Shown here: piece by piece, positions 40,670-50,697 of the stretch
How positions within the stretch are numbered: the first letter of the stretch is position 1
How the letters are laid out: each line of letters starts with the position of its first letter
From: Candidatus Latescibacterota bacterium
GTDB lineage: Bacteria > Latescibacterota > UBA2968 > SICM01
NCBI GenBank assembly: GCA_965217865.1
Contig: CBDCJO010000002.1
Coordinates: 4,704,001 to 4,768,000, forward strand
Direction: 5' to 3'
DNA length: 64,000 nucleotides
Notes under the pieces: generated by a model
The model's input: only the letters and a program-made list of their open reading frames with translations
Database searches by the model: none
Told to the model about the DNA's origin: nothing
Made by a program: the position numbers and the translations under genes

Positions 40670-41569
40670 ATGGAGGATGTCATGCTAACTACGCCTTTGA
40701 AGGGGTTAGGCCTTGCTTTTATAGTCCTGGGTTTTCTGAGCCTGGAGGCAGCGGCGCAGGAGGCCGGGGGGATAAAGTTACAGGTCAGGAACGAGGTGGG
40801 CCGAAACCTGACCTACAAGAATTATTACAGGATTTATTTTAATACGCCAAAGGCCGATGACCTTTTGAACCGGCCAAGCGGATCCGGATTCAGGGAGGAA
40901 TTGGAGCGGGAGTGGTACCAGGACGAGACGGTCAAGGAGAGAGAAGGTGTGTCGTATATCGTCACCACTCCGAGGAATGTATTCGAAAAATTGAAGATCG
41001 ACGACTTGGAAGAAATCGGGGACTTAAAACTGCTTGAGGGGGTGGAGTTGAGATGGAAGGTAGACTCAAAAGGGACGGTGACTGAGTTCGGGACTTCAAG
41101 GGGATTGGCGCGGGTCACCGTCGAGGATGTCGTGAGCGATCTTCGGCTGTTTTGGAAGGGAGAATTCTATCCTTCCCTTCCCGATGAGCCCAAGGCGGTC
41201 GGAGAATCCTGGACCACAGATCGGACGGTATCGTCCTTGTTCGAAGGGAGGCGATTTGAATCCCGGATGGAGTACAAGGGAACGGCGACGATTAAGAAGA
41301 TAAAGAAGAAGAAAAATCGTAAGTGCGCGGAGATCAAGGAGACTCAAGAAGTTTTTTACAAAGGGATCTATATCGTCGGCCCGGACGAACTAATCGTCGA
41401 AGGGAAGGGGAAAGGCACGGCGACCTGGCTCTTAGACGTTGAAAACGGGGTGGTGGTCGAGCATAAGAATACGCTTGAACTTCGGCCCCACGTCAGGCAT
41501 CGCGTAAAACCCACCCCGCCAAGGATCATCGCCGATTTGAGGATCTGGGTTGAACGAAAGCTGAAATAG
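40670..41569 (+). CDS. Secreted beta-rich hypothetical protein
   Basis: Signal peptide ending AAAQ; LPDEPKAVGESW motif. Confidence 0.6.
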   Translation: MEDVMLTTPLKGLGLAFIVLGFLSLEAAAQEAGGIKLQVRNEVGRNLTYKNYYRIYFNTPKADDLLNRPSGSGFREELEREWYQDETVKEREGVSYIVTTPRNVFEKLKIDDLEEIGDLKLLEGVELRWKVDSKGTVTEFGTSRGLARVTVEDVVSDLRLFWKGEFYPSLPDEPKAVGESWTTDRTVSSLFEGRRFESRMEYKGTATIKKIKKKKNRKCAEIKETQEVFYKGIYIVGPDELIVEGKGKGTATWLLDVENGVVVEHKNTLELRPHVRHRVKPTPPRIIADLRIWVERKLK

Positions 41570-41606
41570 ACTGCAATCCGTCGAGACCTCTACTCCCAAT
41601 GGCCCC

Positions 41607-42785
41607 ATGGGTTTTTTGATTCACCTGGATTGTTCCCGGTGCGGCAAGGGTTATGACATGGACAAGATCCATAACCTGAGCGCGTGCTGCGGGGCCCCGC
41701 TGCTTTCGCGCTACGATCTGGAAGGAATACGGGACGCTCTTCACCGGGAGGATCTCCCCCGGCGTCGGCCGGACATGTGGCGTTACGTCGAGCTGCTGCC
41801 CGTGGACGGACCGGAAGAGATCGTATCTCTGGGGGAGGGATTCACCCCGCTTATCCGGTCCAAACGGCTTGGCGGGATGGCAGGGCTGCAGAACCTCTGG
41901 ATCAAGGACGAGTCCCTGAATCCGACAGGGTCGTTCAAGGCGAGGGGACTTTCGGCCGCTGTGTCTCGAGCGAAGGTCCTGGGTGCCACCCACCTGGCGA
42001 TTCCCTCCGCCGGAAACGCTGCAGGAGCGATGTCGGCTTACACCGCGGCGGCCGGGCTTGAGGCATCGGTTTTCATGCCGAGGGACGTTCCAGAAGCATT
42101 CCGAATAGAATGTGTTTCCCTGGGGGCCAGAGTCGAACTCGTCGACGGGTTGATCACGGATTGTGGAAGACGGATCGCAGAGCAGCGGGAGGCCATGGGC
42201 TGGTTCGATGTCTCGACCTTGAAGGAGCCGTATCGCGTCGAGGGCAAGAAGACGATGGGGTTCGAACTGGCCGAACAGATGGGGTGGGCTCTGCCGAGCG
42301 TGATCGTATATCCCACAGGAGGCGGGACCGGATTGATCGGGATGTGGAAGGCCTTCGAAGAGATGGAAAGGCTTGGATGGATCGATGAGGGCCGGCCTCG
42401 CATGGTGTCTGTGCAGGCGGCGGGATGCGCACCGATCGTTCGAGCCTTCGAGCGGGGGAAAGAGGCGGCGGAGGCATGGGAGGATGCCCACACGATGGCC
42501 TCTGGTCTTCGTGTTCCCAGCGCCGTCGGGGATTTCCTGATGCTCAGGATCATCCGTCAGAGCGAGGGTATTGCAATATCGGTCACGGACCAGGAGATGG
42601 TCGCCGCATTACGGGAGATGGGATCGGCTACCGGATTGTTTCCGGCCCCCGAAGGGGCGGCTGCCTGGGCGGGGACGAAGCGGTTGGCGGCTGAGGGATG
42701 GATAGGGGAGGATGATCGCGTCGTGGTATTCAATACCGGCAGCGGACTGAAATACATCGACGTTTTGGGTAGCCACCTGAATTGA
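41607..42785 (+). CDS. thrC: Threonine synthase (fold-type II PLP enzyme)
   Basis: SLGEGFTPL, NPTGSFKARG, SAGNA, EGKKTMG, PTGGGTG, FNTGSGLKY. Confidence 0.85.
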   Translation: MGFLIHLDCSRCGKGYDMDKIHNLSACCGAPLLSRYDLEGIRDALHREDLPRRRPDMWRYVELLPVDGPEEIVSLGEGFTPLIRSKRLGGMAGLQNLWIKDESLNPTGSFKARGLSAAVSRAKVLGATHLAIPSAGNAAGAMSAYTAAAGLEASVFMPRDVPEAFRIECVSLGARVELVDGLITDCGRRIAEQREAMGWFDVSTLKEPYRVEGKKTMGFELAEQMGWALPSVIVYPTGGGTGLIGMWKAFEEMERLGWIDEGRPRMVSVQAAGCAPIVRAFERGKEAAEAWEDAHTMASGLRVPSAVGDFLMLRIIRQSEGIAISVTDQEMVAALREMGSATGLFPAPEGAAAWAGTKRLAAEGWIGEDDRVVVFNTGSGLKYIDVLGSHLN

Positions 42786-42794
42786 GATGAAAGA

Positions 42795-44285
42795 ATGGCC
42801 TTCACGTTCGACGACATCGGAAGATTGACCGACCGGGAAATTCAGCTGGTTCTGCAGAAGGTGGATCGGGAAGATCTGGCTGCCGCGTTGAAGGGGGCCC
42901 GTCCCGAAATGAAGGACCGCATTTTCTCAAACGTCTCGCCGCGGATTGGCCAGATGATCAAGGAAGCCATGAAGTTTTCCGAACCGGTGTATAAAAGCCA
43001 CGTTGAAGATGGGCAAATCAGGATCGTTCAAACGGTTCGTCGGCTGGTCGAGATGGGTGAGGTTACCATCGATGGTATGGAAGTGGGGGAGGCACTGGAT
43101 CCGGAATCGGCCGGGTCAAGGGATTATAGGGTTCGGCGAATCGGTGCCGAGGAATCGAGCCGGAGGATCCGGCCCCTGATCGGCCCTCTGGCAGCCATGC
43201 TCGGGCCGATGGGTCCCAGGTTGCGTGGGATTCTTTATTCGTGTCTCCCCGATCCCGTGGTTCGGGGGGTGAATGCAAAGCTCGCGAGTGAATTCGCATT
43301 CGAGGAGGAAGAAGCCACGCCCCTGGAAGTTGACCTGAGGTTCCAGGCCGAAACTGCATGGCAGGTCCCGACTGAGGCCTCGGACCCCGATGGAGGCTCG
43401 GAATCCTATGATCTCGGACTCGTAGATGTCCTGGCCGTGATGCTGCGGGGAGGCAAGCCTTCAGCCATCGCCAAGGCCCTTGAACAGATGCCGGGTTCTC
43501 TTCCTACGGATGTCCTATTTAGAATCGCCGCTTCCGACTTCAAAGAGATTCCTGCACGGATCAGGAGAAAAGAAGCCAGGATTTTCCTCCGGAAGCTCGG
43601 AGGGGCACTGGTCGGAGTGTCGCTCGAACCTTCGCCCCTGATGGCGGCTCAAGCCATCCGGGAAGTCCCGCCTGTACCCGCCCGCCGGATCATGACCGAT
43701 CTGAACCGGGTCAGGCCTGATGTGATGAAAAAGGTTCAGGGCCTCGCATATGCCGTACACGACCTGTTGGATCTCTCCGATCCGGAATTGCAGATGGTTC
43801 TGACCGGTATCCAAAACCGGGAGATCGGGTTGATTTTGAAATCAGTTTCCGCCATCATCCGGACTCGATTCATTCAAAACATGTCGCCTAGGCGAAGAAA
43901 GGCCGTCGATGCGGAGGCAACTTGGGCAGGCAAGGTGAATCCCGTCGCCGCCCAAAATGCGAAGGAGCAGCTTCTGGATCGAGCGCGTTCGTTGTACGAA
44001 AAGGGCAGGCTTAACGGATATTTCGGGTCCATCGAGGACATCGAAACGAAAGAGGAGAAGTGGATGGAAGTCCGGAAAGCCGTCTACGGTCGGTATTCCG
44101 ATTGGGTGGCAAAAGGCGGTTGGCGATATCGAGAGAGAAGTAGGCAGTCGGTTGGGGTCGTCGGAATCGCGATTTGCTTTGTGTTGATCATGTTGCTGTT
44201 GTTCAAACTATTGAACGTGATGGGGGAGTTTCAGAAAAAGGCAGGCTCGACGGTCCGGAAAGGATTAACGCTGGAAAAAATCTAA
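42795..44285 (+). CDS. Atypical protein with two FliG C-terminal-like domains and a C-terminal transmembrane helix
   Basis: N-terminal FTFDDIGRLTDREIQLVL..ALKGA..NVSPR; second copy DLLDLSDPELQMVL..NMSPRR; TM segment VGVVGIAICFVLIMLLL. Confidence 0.75.
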   Translation: MAFTFDDIGRLTDREIQLVLQKVDREDLAAALKGARPEMKDRIFSNVSPRIGQMIKEAMKFSEPVYKSHVEDGQIRIVQTVRRLVEMGEVTIDGMEVGEALDPESAGSRDYRVRRIGAEESSRRIRPLIGPLAAMLGPMGPRLRGILYSCLPDPVVRGVNAKLASEFAFEEEEATPLEVDLRFQAETAWQVPTEASDPDGGSESYDLGLVDVLAVMLRGGKPSAIAKALEQMPGSLPTDVLFRIAASDFKEIPARIRRKEARIFLRKLGGALVGVSLEPSPLMAAQAIREVPPVPARRIMTDLNRVRPDVMKKVQGLAYAVHDLLDLSDPELQMVLTGIQNREIGLILKSVSAIIRTRFIQNMSPRRRKAVDAEATWAGKVNPVAAQNAKEQLLDRARSLYEKGRLNGYFGSIEDIETKEEKWMEVRKAVYGRYSDWVAKGGWRYRERSRQSVGVVGIAICFVLIMLLLFKLLNVMGEFQKKAGSTVRKGLTLEKI

Positions 44286-44340
44286 AAAGGTCTGATGGAT
44301 TCGACTCCAAGGCTTTCCTGAAGGGATGCGAGGTTGAAAC

Positions 44341-44724
44341 GTGGTCTGTAAAGAGATCGGAAACTATAAAGTTTTTGAAGTGGAAAAAACGGATATTGTC
44401 GTGGTTTTGGGAGAGGTGAGCGGACAGCGAGATTTTCTTGTCGCGTATGGGTTTGAGGAGAATCCTCAGACGAAGGAATGGGTCGGGGATGGGGGATGCC
44501 TTTATAGGATGACCCCAGAGGACTTTTACGATCGGTTCGGCATTGAAGGAGGGAGGCTCCAGGCGCAGGTCACAGACGGGAGCCGTATCTGTATCGTGGA
44601 TGCCCTTCCGGAGGTCGAAGAAGACGATAGGGGAAGAAGCGTTATCGTAAAGATCAGGTCCCTCGAACTGGACACGCATCAGGTCATTAACCAGGTGATG
44701 TCCAGGATGCTCGAAAGGGGATGA
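44341..44724 (+). CDS. Hypothetical acidic protein
   Basis: 127-aa ORF with a GAGG RBS, filling the gap before the convergent hpnE. Confidence 0.6.
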   Translation: MVCKEIGNYKVFEVEKTDIVVVLGEVSGQRDFLVAYGFEENPQTKEWVGDGGCLYRMTPEDFYDRFGIEGGRLQAQVTDGSRICIVDALPEVEEDDRGRSVIVKIRSLELDTHQVINQVMSRMLERG

Positions 44725-44728
44725 TGGA

Positions 44729-46042
44729 TTAGGAGTTCAAGATCATTTCCGCACACCGGTGGCCGCTGAACACAGCACTTTCGATAGTCGGCGGGAGGCC
44801 GGTATCGGTCCAGTCGCCTGCGAGGAAGAGGTTTCTCACGGGCGATTTCTGTTTTGGGCGAACGATACCGACTCTCGTGGAGAGGGTCGCTTCTCGTTCC
44901 TTCACGGCGAAGGCTCGAGTCGGACAGGCGGACCGGGCTTCGGGAAAGAGACGCCGGATGTCGGTGACGGCCGTGCGGATAAGTTCCCCCTGTGAGCGGT
45001 TGATATGGTCGTGAGCAGCACTGATGACCATGGCGATATAGCCCTGATTGGGGGAGGATTTAAGGATTATCGAACGATTGAATGCCCATTGGCATTCGGT
45101 CCCCAGTAAACCTATGAATGATTCCGACATGATGGGTCGGTCGAACCAGACGTTAATCGAGACGATGGGAGCGGTCCGCAGGGAACGTAGCGATTCGGCG
45201 CCTGGCAGGATAGGGATCAGGGCGTGGTGTGGAACAGCGGAGATCACAGCATCGCCGTTCAAGCGGGCGCCGTCCTTCAAGGTGATTCCCCGACATCGGC
45301 CGCCATCGATATCGATTCCTGCGACATGCATCCCTAGGCGAACCTCCCCGCCTTTGGATTCGATATAGTCTCTGGCGGCGTCGGTATACAGGTTGGAAAG
45401 TCCGACCGTTGATAGCCCAAGACAGGCGTCCGCCCGGTTCCCCATCAGTCCCTGCCGGAGAACGGTCGCCAGACCCTCTGCGGCGGCGAGGTGGGGCAAC
45501 TCATTCAGGGATGCGACCGCGAGGGGGGTCCAGAAATTCGAAATGATATCCTCGGACTGACGGTTGAGAAGGAGCCACTCCCTCACCGTGAGATTTTGCA
45601 GGTCTCCGACCTTCCGGGTGGCCAGGTCGCCCATGATGTGGCGGAAACGGAAGATATCTCCGACGGAGACTGTACTCAATGTAGAAAATCCCCCAAGGAT
45701 GTGATAGGGAGCGGGAAGACGGGGACACTTCAAGGCGGTGGACCGGGCGTCCGGGGTTCGGAAATCGACGCGGAGGTCCCTCTGGAAGCCGATTCGTTCC
45801 TCGGTTCCGATCGTGGCGAGGAAACGTCTCGTCTCACGGTAACAGGCCATAAACAGGTGCTGGCCATTGTCGACAACATCGCCGGTAACCTCGTCCCGGA
45901 AGGAATAGGCCCGGCCCCCCAAACGTTTTCGGCCTTCGAGAAGGGTGACACATCGACCCCCTTCCGCCAGAGCGACGGCGGCCGAGAGCCCGGAAAAGCC
46001 TCCGCCGATGACAATGACCTGTTTCAAGTTCCGACTTTCCAT
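44729..46042 (-). CDS. hpnE: Hydroxysqualene dehydroxylase HpnE
   Basis: GGGFSGL, LGGRAYSF, DNGQH, EREAT, LAGDWTDTGLPPTIESAVFSG; follows hpnD. Confidence 0.9.
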   Translation of the reverse strand: MESRNLKQVIVIGGGFSGLSAAVALAEGGRCVTLLEGRKRLGGRAYSFRDEVTGDVVDNGQHLFMACYRETRRFLATIGTEERIGFQRDLRVDFRTPDARSTALKCPRLPAPYHILGGFSTLSTVSVGDIFRFRHIMGDLATRKVGDLQNLTVREWLLLNRQSEDIISNFWTPLAVASLNELPHLAAAEGLATVLRQGLMGNRADACLGLSTVGLSNLYTDAARDYIESKGGEVRLGMHVAGIDIDGGRCRGITLKDGARLNGDAVISAVPHHALIPILPGAESLRSLRTAPIVSINVWFDRPIMSESFIGLLGTECQWAFNRSIILKSSPNQGYIAMVISAAHDHINRSQGELIRTAVTDIRRLFPEARSACPTRAFAVKEREATLSTRVGIVRPKQKSPVRNLFLAGDWTDTGLPPTIESAVFSGHRCAEMILNS

Positions 46043-46872
46043 TTGCGCTTAGCCCAGGTATTCACAGCAATTCCAAGTTTGCGGGTTGTCGAGAGCGTTA
46101 TCGGCCGACTGAAGACATCGTAGCCGCGGCGTTCGATTTCCTGAAGCAATCGAAAATAGATCCTCCCCATGATCTCGGCCGAAAAGAGCCGGCCTTTATC
46201 CTCGGGAGTGAGTAGGGACCCCGCCCGTTGATAAAATTCCCGGACGCGGGAACACTCGAAGGCCATCAGGTTTCGAAAAGCATCATTGCACCGGGTGCAG
46301 ATCAGGTCGTCCTCGGTATAGCCAAACTTGAGAAGGTCCTCTTTCGGGATATAGATGCGGCCTTGTGCTGCGTCCGCTTTGAGATCCCGGAGGATATTGG
46401 TCAATTGGAGGGCGATCCCGAGAGCGATTGCGTATTCTTTTGTTTTTGGATTGGAATAGCCGAAAATCTCGATGCAGATCAGACCTATGACCGAAGCCAC
46501 TTTAAAGCAGTAGTTGTATAAGGCATCGAAAGTCTCGTAGCGACGCGTGGTCAGATCCATTTCGACGCCGTCGATAAGTTCGTGGAAGTATTGTTTCGGA
46601 ATCGGGAAATGGGGGATGGTATCTGCAAGTCGATGGGTTATAGGATGGTTGGGCCGGCCATCGTAACAAGCATCCAGCTCAGATCGCCATCGGTCAAGGT
46701 TCTCCCGCGGATCGCCGTCCGATTGTCCGTCTACGATGTTGTCGGTGTACCGGCTGAAGGCGTAGGTGGTGTAGATCGCTTCCCGCTCGGGTTTAGGAAG
46801 AAAAATGAAGGCAAAGTAGAAGTTTGTCTTTGCCTTACGCGTCAATCTATTGCAGTAAGCCTTTGGATTCAT
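46024..46872 (-). CDS. hpnD: Presqualene diphosphate synthase HpnD
   Basis: NFYFAF, TDNIVD, YCFKVAS, LQLTNILRD, GRIYIP. Confidence 0.88.
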   Translation of the reverse strand: MNPKAYCNRLTRKAKTNFYFAFIFLPKPEREAIYTTYAFSRYTDNIVDGQSDGDPRENLDRWRSELDACYDGRPNHPITHRLADTIPHFPIPKQYFHELIDGVEMDLTTRRYETFDALYNYCFKVASVIGLICIEIFGYSNPKTKEYAIALGIALQLTNILRDLKADAAQGRIYIPKEDLLKFGYTEDDLICTRCNDAFRNLMAFECSRVREFYQRAGSLLTPEDKGRLFSAEIMGRIYFRLLQEIERRGYDVFSRPITLSTTRKLGIAVNTWAKRKWKVGT

Positions 46873-46878
46873 CGAAAT

Positions 46879-47886
46879 TCAAACTCGGATCATGGATCCT
46901 GAGCCAGAGCGATTTGGCCATTTCGGATCCCGAACTCTGATACCCGAAACCCATGTTTCGAACCCCCAAGCCCGATAGACAATAGTGAGTTTGTCGCGGA
47001 CCGAGAGGGTCGGACGGTGTTTGAAAACATCATACCCCTGGGTTTCGATTCGCTCCAGGATGCGGATCCCGCCAAGGTAGGTGAGCCTGAGTTCATACGA
47101 AAGACGCCGGTAGGCGGATTGCGGAAGTGGAAGGCAGGACCCTTTGATCGGATTGCTCACCAGGGGAAGGCCCTTGTGGAAAAGGCTTCGCGTCCGGTTA
47201 ATCTGGAAGTTCATGAGCTGTACAAACCCAGGGGTGACGCGACCGGCATCCAGGTGTTCCTCCACGACCCCGAACCTCTGGAGATCCGCCTGGGGGAGAT
47301 AGATGCGGCCCTTTCGTAGGTCGATGGCGATGTCCTGCCAGAAGTTGGTCAGTTGTAGCGCTGTGCAAATAGAATCTGAGAGCTTTCCAAGCACGGGGTC
47401 GAAAAGGCCAAAAAGGTGGAGAACAAGCCTGCCGATCGGGTTTGCCGAGTAGCGGCAATAGTCCAGCAAGTCATCGAAGGTCCGATGCCGATTTACGTTG
47501 ACATCCCTTCGGAAGGCGGTCAGAAGGTCACAGAACAAAGAAACCGGAAGATTCCAACGCCTGATTGTATCCCCAAGGGCGATAAAGACGGGATGGGTCG
47601 ATTTTTCTTCACAGGTGAGTAGAAGGTCTTTCCACTCGTCCAACCTTTTGAGGCGGACACCTTCGAAGATCGATTCATCGGAAAAATCGTCGGCTCCCCG
47701 TGAAAAGGCGTAAATGGCACAGATGGCGCGCCGATGGACTTTGGGAAGTAATCGGGATGCCACCGGGAAGTTTTCGTAATGATTCCGTGTTATCTTTTCA
47801 CAATGTGCATAGGCCTGATCGATCGTGTGCCCGGAGGTGGCCCCGAGAGGGAATGCCCTTTTTAAATCCTGGTCAGCATCCTTCAT
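46879..47886 (-). CDS. hpnC: Hydroxysqualene synthase HpnC
   Basis: HYENFPVAS, ADDFSDE, YCRYSANPIGRLVL, LQLTNFWQD. Confidence 0.92.
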   Translation of the reverse strand: MKDADQDLKRAFPLGATSGHTIDQAYAHCEKITRNHYENFPVASRLLPKVHRRAICAIYAFSRGADDFSDESIFEGVRLKRLDEWKDLLLTCEEKSTHPVFIALGDTIRRWNLPVSLFCDLLTAFRRDVNVNRHRTFDDLLDYCRYSANPIGRLVLHLFGLFDPVLGKLSDSICTALQLTNFWQDIAIDLRKGRIYLPQADLQRFGVVEEHLDAGRVTPGFVQLMNFQINRTRSLFHKGLPLVSNPIKGSCLPLPQSAYRRLSYELRLTYLGGIRILERIETQGYDVFKHRPTLSVRDKLTIVYRAWGFETWVSGIRVRDPKWPNRSGSGSMIRV

Positions 47887-48011
47887 AGATGCTCGTATGT
47901 AATGGGGTTGAAGGCCTTTATTTCGACTGAAATTCCAATTTACGGAACGATACATCGGGATACAAGGAATTTCAGCCTCCCCATTTCCAGGGGAATAACG
48001 TTGAAAAATCC

Positions 48012-48040
48012 TTGACAGGTTTCGAGACGAGAACTATATT
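48012..48040 (+). promoter_or_regulatory. Sigma70-type promoter of the B12 operon
   Basis: TTGACA, 17-bp spacer, TATATT. Confidence 0.7.
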
Positions 48041-48084
48041 TGGGATTGTTGTTGAAAGAAAAAACTCTTTGACAATTCGAATAG

Positions 48085-48250
48085 TCTGACCCAGGTATCC
48101 CTCAGGGATCGAACAGGGAAGACGGTGAAAGACCGTCGCGGGCCCGCCGCTGTAACCGGGTTTCGAAATCCGATGTTTTGCCACTGGCCAAAAGGCTGGG
48201 AAGGCTTCGGAGAGTAAAACAAACCCGGAAGCCAGAAGACCTGCCTGGAT
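48085..48250 (+). ncRNA. Cobalamin (AdoCbl) riboswitch
   Basis: CCAGGT...AACAGGGAAGACGGTGAAAGACCGTCGCGGGCCCGCCGCTGTAA...GCCACTG...GGGAAGGC...B12 box AGCCAGAAGACCTGCC. Confidence 0.95.
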
Positions 48251-48324
48251 CGCTTTTCTGGAAGTACTTCCCCGGCGCGGGAAGCTGACAGGAGATCCCT
48301 GTACACAGGGTGACTGGATCTTCG

Positions 48325-48363
48325 ATCCCCAGCTTCGGCAACGCCGAGGATGGGGTTTTTTTT
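48325..48363 (+). terminator. Riboswitch expression platform: terminator or RBS-sequestering hairpin
   Basis: CCCCA..CTTCGGC-aac-GCCGAGG.TGGGG followed by T8 directly before ATG 48364. Confidence 0.7.
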
Positions 48364-50610
48364 ATGCGGTTCGCTCTTATCGTTTGTGCTCTTGGGCTGA
48401 TTCTGAGGTCCGGTTGTTCCTCCCCCGTGCCGGCGGACGATGCCGGACGAATGACAGGCGTGATCGTCGATGCCGAGACAGGTGAACCGATTCCGGGCGC
48501 GAAGGTGAGCGTGGAGGGCCAACACCTGGCTGCCGAAGCCGATTCATCCGGGAAATTTGTCCTGGATGGGGTCGGTGCTGGGCCGCAGCGGTTGCGGGTG
48601 GAGCGGATTGGGTATGCGGGGATTTTTGTGAAAGTGACAGCATCGGCCGAAAGGGAAGTCCCGATCCGTTTGACCATGTCACCGGAGGCCTTGCAAGTCG
48701 AAGGCATTTCGGTGACTGAAAGACGAGGGGCGAATGACATCGAGATCGCCCCCACTTTTGCGACCGTTATCGAGGCCAAGACCTTTCAGGGGCGGACAAC
48801 GTCCCTTCCAGAGCTACTTTCAGAGACCGCGGGCGTACACGTCGAGTCGATGGGGGGATTGGGCAGCTTCAGCACGATATCGATCCGGGGTTCGTCAGCC
48901 GAGCAGGTTCAGGTCTATCTTGACGGCGTCCTATTGAACACGGCTTTCGGTGGGGGGGTAAACCTGAGCGACATCCCCGTTTCGGATGTGGAGCGCATCG
49001 AAATCTACAGGGGAAAAGCCCCGATCTGGACCGGAGGGGAAGGGATGGGAGGGGCGGTGCACATCCGGACCTGGAACATCGGGGATCGACAGGTACAGAA
49101 AGGTTCCGCGTCTATCGGGTCTTTCGGGACCGGGAAGGGGAGCTGGACCCTCTCCCAGCGGCGAGGGCGAATGGGCATGCTGGCCGCTGTGGATTACAGC
49201 CGGAGCGCCAATGACTTTCGATTCCGGGACGACAACGGGACAGAGTATAATCCTGCCGACGATGGGTTTGAACAGCGTAGAAACAACGACTTCGCATCGA
49301 TGAGTCTGCTAACGAAGGTGAGCTATGACGAAGCGGGTCGATTTTCCTGCTCATTGAGCAACAGCTTTTACAGGAAAGCACAGGGAATGCCCAACATCGG
49401 CAACAACCAGGCCCGACACGCCCGATTCGAGGTGATCCGGGATCTGGTTGAAGGCTCTGCGGAAGTTCAGGGACTGGCGAGTGGCCGCCTGACCCTCCGG
49501 CAAACCCTTTCTTTCAGCCACGTGGCGGAGGACTTTGAAGATCGTTTCGGGGAAGTGGGATTGGGAAACCAGGATAATCACAACCGGTCGCAGGCCCTCG
49601 CCTTTCGGCAGGCCATTCAGTCGCACCTCGGCCGGAATCACGTGGCCTCTGTTTTCTATGAAGTCCGCCGGGAGACCTTCAAACCCTCGGACAACCTGGC
49701 TTCCACCGCCAGGTTCTTCAACAGCCGACGCTGGACGTTTGCCGGGGGGGGCGAAGATAAGAGTTTCCTGTTCAATGGGCGCCTGGGAATTGTATCGAGC
49801 GTCCGGGTTGAATCCCGGCGCAGCCGGTTTGTCGAAGAGAACCCCTATCTCTTCTCACCCCTTGTACCTACCCATAAACGGACGGACGCCACGTGGAATG
49901 TCCACGAAGGCGTTCGCGGAACCCTCCTTCCAGGATTGATCGTGAAGGGCAATTTCGGAAAATACAACCGAGCCCCGAGCTTCTATGAGCTGTTCGGTGA
50001 TCGGGGAGGAGTCATCGGGAACACGGACCTGAAAGCGGAGCGAGGCTTGACGTGGGATGTGGGGTTTCGGGGGGAGTGGCCGGGAAAGGGTCCCATCGCC
50101 ACGGGGGAGATCGTCTATTTCGACCGTCGGGCGGAGGATCTGATTCAGTTCGTCCAGCACTCCCAGGGGGTCTCTCGGGCACACAACCTGAGCCGTGCCC
50201 GGATCCGCGGCATCGAGGTCGTTTTCAACGCGGCTCTCGGGGAAATTATCAGGGTGAGTGGCAACTATACCCACCAACGAGCGCGGGATCGGTCCAGGAT
50301 TCCTCACCGGCGGAATAAGATCCTGCCGAATCGGCCTCAACACGAAGGGCACGGAAAAGGTGAAGTCCGGGCAGGGGGGGCCAACTTGACCTATGCCTTG
50401 GCGTTTGAAGGGGGGAGCTTTTTGGATGGGGCGAACCTGAGGCCCGTCCGTGCCCGTGTCATCCACAACGCCGGCGTCTCTTTCAGCCTGATCCGGTCCC
50501 TGGAGGCGACCTGTGAAGTCAAGAACCTGACGAATAACCAGGTGGCCGATGTATGGGGATATCCGCTTCCCGGGAGGGGATATTTCGTCGGGGTAAGCGG
50601 GAAGTTTTGA
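48364..50610 (+). CDS. btuB: TonB-dependent cobalamin receptor (BtuB-like)
   Basis: N-terminal carboxypeptidase-regulatory-like domain, plug ISIRGS..QVYLDG, IEIYRG, RAPSFYEL, C-terminal GRGYFVGVSGKF; downstream of the riboswitch. Confidence 0.85.
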   Translation: MRFALIVCALGLILRSGCSSPVPADDAGRMTGVIVDAETGEPIPGAKVSVEGQHLAAEADSSGKFVLDGVGAGPQRLRVERIGYAGIFVKVTASAEREVPIRLTMSPEALQVEGISVTERRGANDIEIAPTFATVIEAKTFQGRTTSLPELLSETAGVHVESMGGLGSFSTISIRGSSAEQVQVYLDGVLLNTAFGGGVNLSDIPVSDVERIEIYRGKAPIWTGGEGMGGAVHIRTWNIGDRQVQKGSASIGSFGTGKGSWTLSQRRGRMGMLAAVDYSRSANDFRFRDDNGTEYNPADDGFEQRRNNDFASMSLLTKVSYDEAGRFSCSLSNSFYRKAQGMPNIGNNQARHARFEVIRDLVEGSAEVQGLASGRLTLRQTLSFSHVAEDFEDRFGEVGLGNQDNHNRSQALAFRQAIQSHLGRNHVASVFYEVRRETFKPSDNLASTARFFNSRRWTFAGGGEDKSFLFNGRLGIVSSVRVESRRSRFVEENPYLFSPLVPTHKRTDATWNVHEGVRGTLLPGLIVKGNFGKYNRAPSFYELFGDRGGVIGNTDLKAERGLTWDVGFRGEWPGKGPIATGEIVYFDRRAEDLIQFVQHSQGVSRAHNLSRARIRGIEVVFNAALGEIIRVSGNYTHQRARDRSRIPHRRNKILPNRPQHEGHGKGEVRAGGANLTYALAFEGGSFLDGANLRPVRARVIHNAGVSFSLIRSLEATCEVKNLTNNQVADVWGYPLPGRGYFVGVSGKF

Positions 50611-50697
50611 AAAGAAAAAGGTCCAGGCTCCAAGTTTCAAGTTCCAAGAAATATATCCAAATGAAAGATACGTTTCACCCTTCTCGGGAGTGAGCGC

